Of a stretch of 64,000 bases of DNA, positions 59,903 through 64,000 are shown in pieces. Origin of the DNA: Spirochaetota bacterium (lineage in GTDB: Bacteria; Spirochaetota; UBA4802; UBA5550); assembly GCA_963663865.1 (NCBI GenBank), contig OY760686.1, positions 2,848,001 to 2,912,000 of the forward strand. The letters are read 5' to 3'. The stretch's first letter is position 1. Each line of letters opens with the position of its first letter. Under the pieces are notes generated by a model that had not been told where the DNA came from, ran no database searches, and was given only the letters and a program-made list of their open reading frames with translations. Both the position numbers and the translations under genes were made by a program.

Positions 59903-59963
59903 AATTCGCAGTACCGCAGGCGGCCTCAACAGCCGCCTGCGGAGCGGGCCCTCCTCCGGCGTT

Positions 59964-61046
59964 TCAGCGTATCAGGCCGAGACGTGAAAAGTCCAGATTG
60001 AAGACCTGATCAGTATTCCAGTAGAGCACAAACGCGCGCCCCTTGATCTTGGCAATATCGAGGTAGCCGAAGTAGCGCCCATCCATTGAATTCTCCCTGT
60101 TGTCTCCGAGAACCACAAGTTTCCCTTCAGGAACCACGCCCTGAATTCTGCTTGTTTCAGGATCATCGAAGGTGAGTCCTTTAACGTAGGGCTCGTTCAG
60201 CTTCTCGCCGTTGATGTAGACATGCCCTCCCCTGATAGAGAGTTTGTCACCGGGAACACCGATACATCTCTTTATGTAATCCTTATCCTGCTCATGGGGA
60301 GGTCTGAAGATCACTATATCGCCTCGCTGCACATCTCTAACACCCAGAAAATCGAGGTGTATCGGCCCGTCCATGCCGGCCATCTGAGGTATTATCGGGC
60401 CGTAGGTGAGCTTCTCGACAAAGAGGTGGTCTCCTACAATCAGGGTATCCTCCATTGAGCCTGTAGGAATGAAATACGCCTGAACAACATACTGGATTAT
60501 GTGTACAGCTAAAACAAGGGCAACCACAACAGCATCAATAAATTCCCAGACTTTTCTATAAATCCTGGTCCTGCCGGGAGCCATATCGACGAAAGAAGCA
60601 AGGAGAATCTCCCTCTCGTCAGGATTGAGGAGCACTGAGGGAAACGAAAATGATGTCTTCTCGCATCGGACAACAACATTGCCAAGAATGTTATGCTCTA
60701 TGTATCTGATGTCGCCCGCTGGAACAGCCACTTCAGAATCTACCCCCTTTAGAGTCACTCCGTCAGATTTAATTTTCAGGCTGCCCCCTTTGAAGCGCCT
60801 GTAACCGACAATATGATTGATATACCTGACGGCAAAAATAACTGTAGCGAATCCGCCTATGAAGTAAACAGGCTCGAAAGGCGTCTCGACAAAGGGAAGA
60901 GCGACTGCAAGGAACAGCGTTGAGTATATAAAGAGCACAAGCTTGACAGCCCTCTTAACAAAAAACTTCACGGACTCCCGGCCTGAAATGACGGAGTAAA
61001 CCGCCTCAACCGCCGAATCTTTCTCAAAACGGAAAAACTGGATCAT
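59964..61046 (-). CDS. lepB: Signal peptidase I with N-terminal membrane extension
   Basis: IPTGSMEDTL..GD, RGDIVIF, DYIKRCIGVPGD, LGDNRENSMDGRYFG. Confidence 0.92.
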   Translation of the reverse strand: MIQFFRFEKDSAVEAVYSVISGRESVKFFVKRAVKLVLFIYSTLFLAVALPFVETPFEPVYFIGGFATVIFAVRYINHIVGYRRFKGGSLKIKSDGVTLKGVDSEVAVPAGDIRYIEHNILGNVVVRCEKTSFSFPSVLLNPDEREILLASFVDMAPGRTRIYRKVWEFIDAVVVALVLAVHIIQYVVQAYFIPTGSMEDTLIVGDHLFVEKLTYGPIIPQMAGMDGPIHLDFLGVRDVQRGDIVIFRPPHEQDKDYIKRCIGVPGDKLSIRGGHVYINGEKLNEPYVKGLTFDDPETSRIQGVVPEGKLVVLGDNRENSMDGRYFGYLDIAKIKGRAFVLYWNTDQVFNLDFSRLGLIR

Positions 61047-61196
61047 CTATTGCTCCTTATTAAGTGGCTAAACCGGCTACAAAAGGGAAAAAAGGACTTT
61101 TTTTCTCGTTTGAGACTATGCCGGGAGTAAAACTGATTGCAGAAATAACTGCGTCTATATAAAATAGTCATAAATCAGTGTCTACAACTTTTTGAC

Positions 61197-63089
61197 ATGA
61201 AATCTATTAACGAATCCATACAGAAAATCACCCAGGAGTCGATGAAGTCAATCGCTGATGTGGTGAGCCGCGGACAGAGTTCCGAGAAGGCAGTCCTTTC
61301 AGGATTGCTTTCTATAACTGGTATAGATTCACTGTTGAAAAACCTCAGCGAGAATGAGCTGACTGTACTTGCTCATGTTTACAGCGGTGACGATGGTATT
61401 ACACTCATTGACCTCGAAAAAAAGACCGGCATCTCCGTAGACATTCTTGACGCCTGCGCGGCTTCACTCTCCCAATATCTTCTCATCTACACAATTAAAA
61501 ACCGCCAGCTCCTCACAAACAAGCTCGATAAGCTTTATGGCATTGAAGAAATCGGTCCATTTATAAACTTTACTGATAACACTGAAATCGCAGCAGAGGC
61601 CGGCCGCATAAGAGATTCTCTTTGCTCTCCTGACTCAGGCAAAACCCCGCACGAGCCGCTTCTTAAGGACAAAAAAGCATTTCAGCTTCTGACAGAGACA
61701 ATAAAACTCGGCGGAGTCATCCCGTTAGAGAAGTCGGTTGAGCTCCTGGGGGCAGCCGCCGAATCGGCAATACAGAAATGCATCAACTCGGGGATACTGA
61801 AACACTGCAGCATCATCACCCCGGGCTACGGCACTTACTTCACAGTTTTTCCTGAATATGCTTCAGAGCTCCTTAAAAAGTCCTATAAAAAGCCTTCAAA
61901 AAGTTCGCCCCGAATCCATAACAGATACCGCATTCTGCTTAATCTCCTCAAAGCCTATGACTCAATATCAGGTAATGGCCTGTTTCTCACAAAGCAGATG
62001 AACTTCCGCAAGATTGACATAAAACGCATTGAGGACTCAATGTTGAGAATGATGCGGCTCGACGGCAGCAGCGTTCCCGCAGAGGATTCGGCCCTGTTTG
62101 TTTTATTCATTCTTTCCAGGCTTCAATGCCTGAAAGTCCGAAAGGATTCAGCTTCAATTTCTTTGAGGAAAATCAGGGATTACTTTGGAGCACCTTCTTC
62201 ACTAATAGCTGAAGTACTCGCAATTTTTGACTCCAATGATCCCAGGAACGATTATTTCCCGTCGCCCTTAAGAATCCCTGAAATGAGCGTGATTGACTGC
62301 AGTCTCGAAACAGCTGCTTTACTTCGTCAGGCTGACCCGGAATATCTCAAAACAGCCATCGTCTCCGGCCTTACAGCCATGCAGGGGAGAAAATTCGGAG
62401 AAACAGCTCCTCACACCAACCTGCCTCAGCAGGAGTCAGAGGACGCACTGGCCCTCCTGTTTCTCCTGGGAATCATCGAAGAGGAAGGCGGACAATTAAC
62501 TCTCTCGGACATCGGTGAAATGGTTTCTTCTGTAAGAAACAACGATTCCAGTGAATTGAAGCCGGAAGAGGAAGCAACGGATGGGGAGCAGCCTCCATCC
62601 TTTAAAAAGTGCGTCTACATAAACCCCGATTTCACGCTCATGGTTCCCTCGGAAGAGCTGCCATCCGATTCGCAATTCTTTCTTCTCACTCATACTGATA
62701 TTGAGAACGATGACGTGATAATAAACTGTACAATTACAAGATCATCAGTTGTGCAGGCCCAGAAGCGGGGCATTCCGATGGAGCTTTTCATGGACAGCCT
62801 GGAAAAACATGCGAGGAACAAAATACCGCAAAATCTAAGCTTCCTGATACAGGAATGGTCAAGACAGACAATAAGAATTGACATCAACAACACCATACTG
62901 CTCCGAACGAGTCATCCCTCGTTCATTCAGGACATACTTCTGAGCAAGAAGAAGAAGGCAATAATAGAACAAATCTCTCCTAACTATGCCATCGTCGACA
63001 GAAATCATCTTGATGATATTATAAAGATCGCCCGGACTGGAGATACGGTTGTCTCGCTCTTTGAAGGCGAAGAAGATGAAGACGACTGA
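61197..63089 (+). CDS. Protein with C-terminal helicase-associated (Helicase_C_3 / XPB N-terminal-like) domain
   Basis: INPDFTLMVP..ITRSSVVQA..G..LEKHARNKIPQNLSFLIQEW. No Walker motifs. Confidence 0.7.
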   Translation: MKSINESIQKITQESMKSIADVVSRGQSSEKAVLSGLLSITGIDSLLKNLSENELTVLAHVYSGDDGITLIDLEKKTGISVDILDACAASLSQYLLIYTIKNRQLLTNKLDKLYGIEEIGPFINFTDNTEIAAEAGRIRDSLCSPDSGKTPHEPLLKDKKAFQLLTETIKLGGVIPLEKSVELLGAAAESAIQKCINSGILKHCSIITPGYGTYFTVFPEYASELLKKSYKKPSKSSPRIHNRYRILLNLLKAYDSISGNGLFLTKQMNFRKIDIKRIEDSMLRMMRLDGSSVPAEDSALFVLFILSRLQCLKVRKDSASISLRKIRDYFGAPSSLIAEVLAIFDSNDPRNDYFPSPLRIPEMSVIDCSLETAALLRQADPEYLKTAIVSGLTAMQGRKFGETAPHTNLPQQESEDALALLFLLGIIEEEGGQLTLSDIGEMVSSVRNNDSSELKPEEEATDGEQPPSFKKCVYINPDFTLMVPSEELPSDSQFFLLTHTDIENDDVIINCTITRSSVVQAQKRGIPMELFMDSLEKHARNKIPQNLSFLIQEWSRQTIRIDINNTILLRTSHPSFIQDILLSKKKKAIIEQISPNYAIVDRNHLDDIIKIARTGDTVVSLFEGEEDEDD

Positions 63090-63356
63090 TTAGATTACAA
63101 CTACTCTTCTTGGAAAATCCCAGTCCATATACTCCTGCAAAGCCCTTATCGTTTTATCCTGCACAAAGTATAGCTTGTCGTTAAGCTTTACAAGTCCTCC
63201 CTTGTAGTGTGTGTACTTCATCTGATGATCAACCCAGCCGATCAGCTCAACCTTTTTCCAATTTGAGGTCGTTTTCAGAATTGGCAGCTTCCTGAGATAA
63301 AGCTCTTTGATTTGCCCGTTTCTTACCGCATCCGATAACTGTCTTTCCCATTCCAT
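63090..63356 (-). CDS. Hypothetical protein (88 aa)
   Basis: Open frame with natural amino-acid composition, abutting the convergent gene. Confidence 0.65.
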   Translation of the reverse strand: MEWERQLSDAVRNGQIKELYLRKLPILKTTSNWKKVELIGWVDHQMKYTHYKGGLVKLNDKLYFVQDKTIRALQEYMDWDFPRRVVVI

Positions 63357-63386
63357 TATTAAGCAATGCCGTCCTGATTTAGCGAT

Positions 63387-63956
63387 TTAATTAGTACTTC
63401 TGCTTTCTTCTGCTTTAAGCTGGCGTATTTCCTCCAGAAGGCGTTCAATTTCACCCGAAAGGGTCTGATTAAGCTTTTTCTCCCTTTTAAGCTCTTCGTG
63501 AAGATTCAGGGCTTCCTGCCGGCCGAACTCGATGACCTTCTCTGAAGCTTCGAGTATATCAAGGGTGTCATGGAGCATGTGAGAAGAATAGTCAATAACG
63601 GATTCCTGAGCGTTAATTGTCTCTTTGTCATTAAGCATCTCCTTCCGCCTGAGACTCGCAAGCATGTCTTCAGCATCGACTCTCCTTCGCATATCAAACA
63701 GCTCCTCAGGGTCAAGCGGCGCCACCTGGTCAATCGCCTTTTTCAGCTTTTTCTGCTCTTTAACTATTTTCTGTTCGTACTCCATAATCTTGCTGAAACC
63801 GTCCTTTCCGGCGCCGGTTTTAAAAACGTTTTTCCGGTTTATACCCATTACCCCTTCTATTGATTCCATCTGAGATTCAGTTTCCCTTGAGCAGGCAAAC
63901 ATGAGCTTTCGGTAACGCTCAACGAGGATTGACTTTTCAAACAGGAGGAGAAACAT
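63387..63956 (-). CDS. Hypothetical coiled-coil protein (start uncertain)
   Basis: Long Glu/Lys-rich heptad-like open reading frame. Confidence 0.6.
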   Translation of the reverse strand: MFLLLFEKSILVERYRKLMFACSRETESQMESIEGVMGINRKNVFKTGAGKDGFSKIMEYEQKIVKEQKKLKKAIDQVAPLDPEELFDMRRRVDAEDMLASLRRKEMLNDKETINAQESVIDYSSHMLHDTLDILEASEKVIEFGRQEALNLHEELKREKKLNQTLSGEIERLLEEIRQLKAEESRSTN

Positions 63957-64000
63957 TGACGAATCAACAGGTCTCGGTAAAAATTCTATGTGAAGAATAT

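Overview
Bacterial chromosomal window. The gene content (Maf, many lipoproteins and outer-membrane barrels, STAS/PP2C signalling) suggests a free-living spirochaete, but that is inference only. The housekeeping backbone is hom-thrC, metE with a cobalamin riboswitch, tcdA, plsB, tRNA-Pro(CGG), gpmI, purF, tRNA-Trp, trmB, galE, maf, an ftsI-like gene and lepB. Three accessory loci stand out. (1) An AT-rich defence island at about 9.8-22.9 kb lies between ~240-bp palindrome-rich direct repeats. It holds a ParE/RelE toxin-antitoxin pair whose toxin has a nonsense codon, a solitary type I-C-like CRISPR repeat, an IS3 remnant, and a type I R-M operon with a Gabija-like OLD nuclease/UvrD pair and an AlbA_2/Schlafen protein nested between hsdS and hsdR. 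(2) A candidate peptide-signalling RiPP locus at 26.8-37.8 kb has a ComQ-like isoprenoid synthase-fold enzyme, a radical SAM enzyme, a Nif11-like 71-aa precursor ending in Tyr directly upstream of a 7TM sensor kinase-REC-PP2C hybrid, and a divergent TonB/TBDR operon. This is my best candidate for an undescribed system. (3) An ECF sigma/anti-sigma/outer-membrane protein/Ig-lipoprotein operon at 2.6-6.8 kb. All family calls are from motifs recognised by eye; no searches were run.
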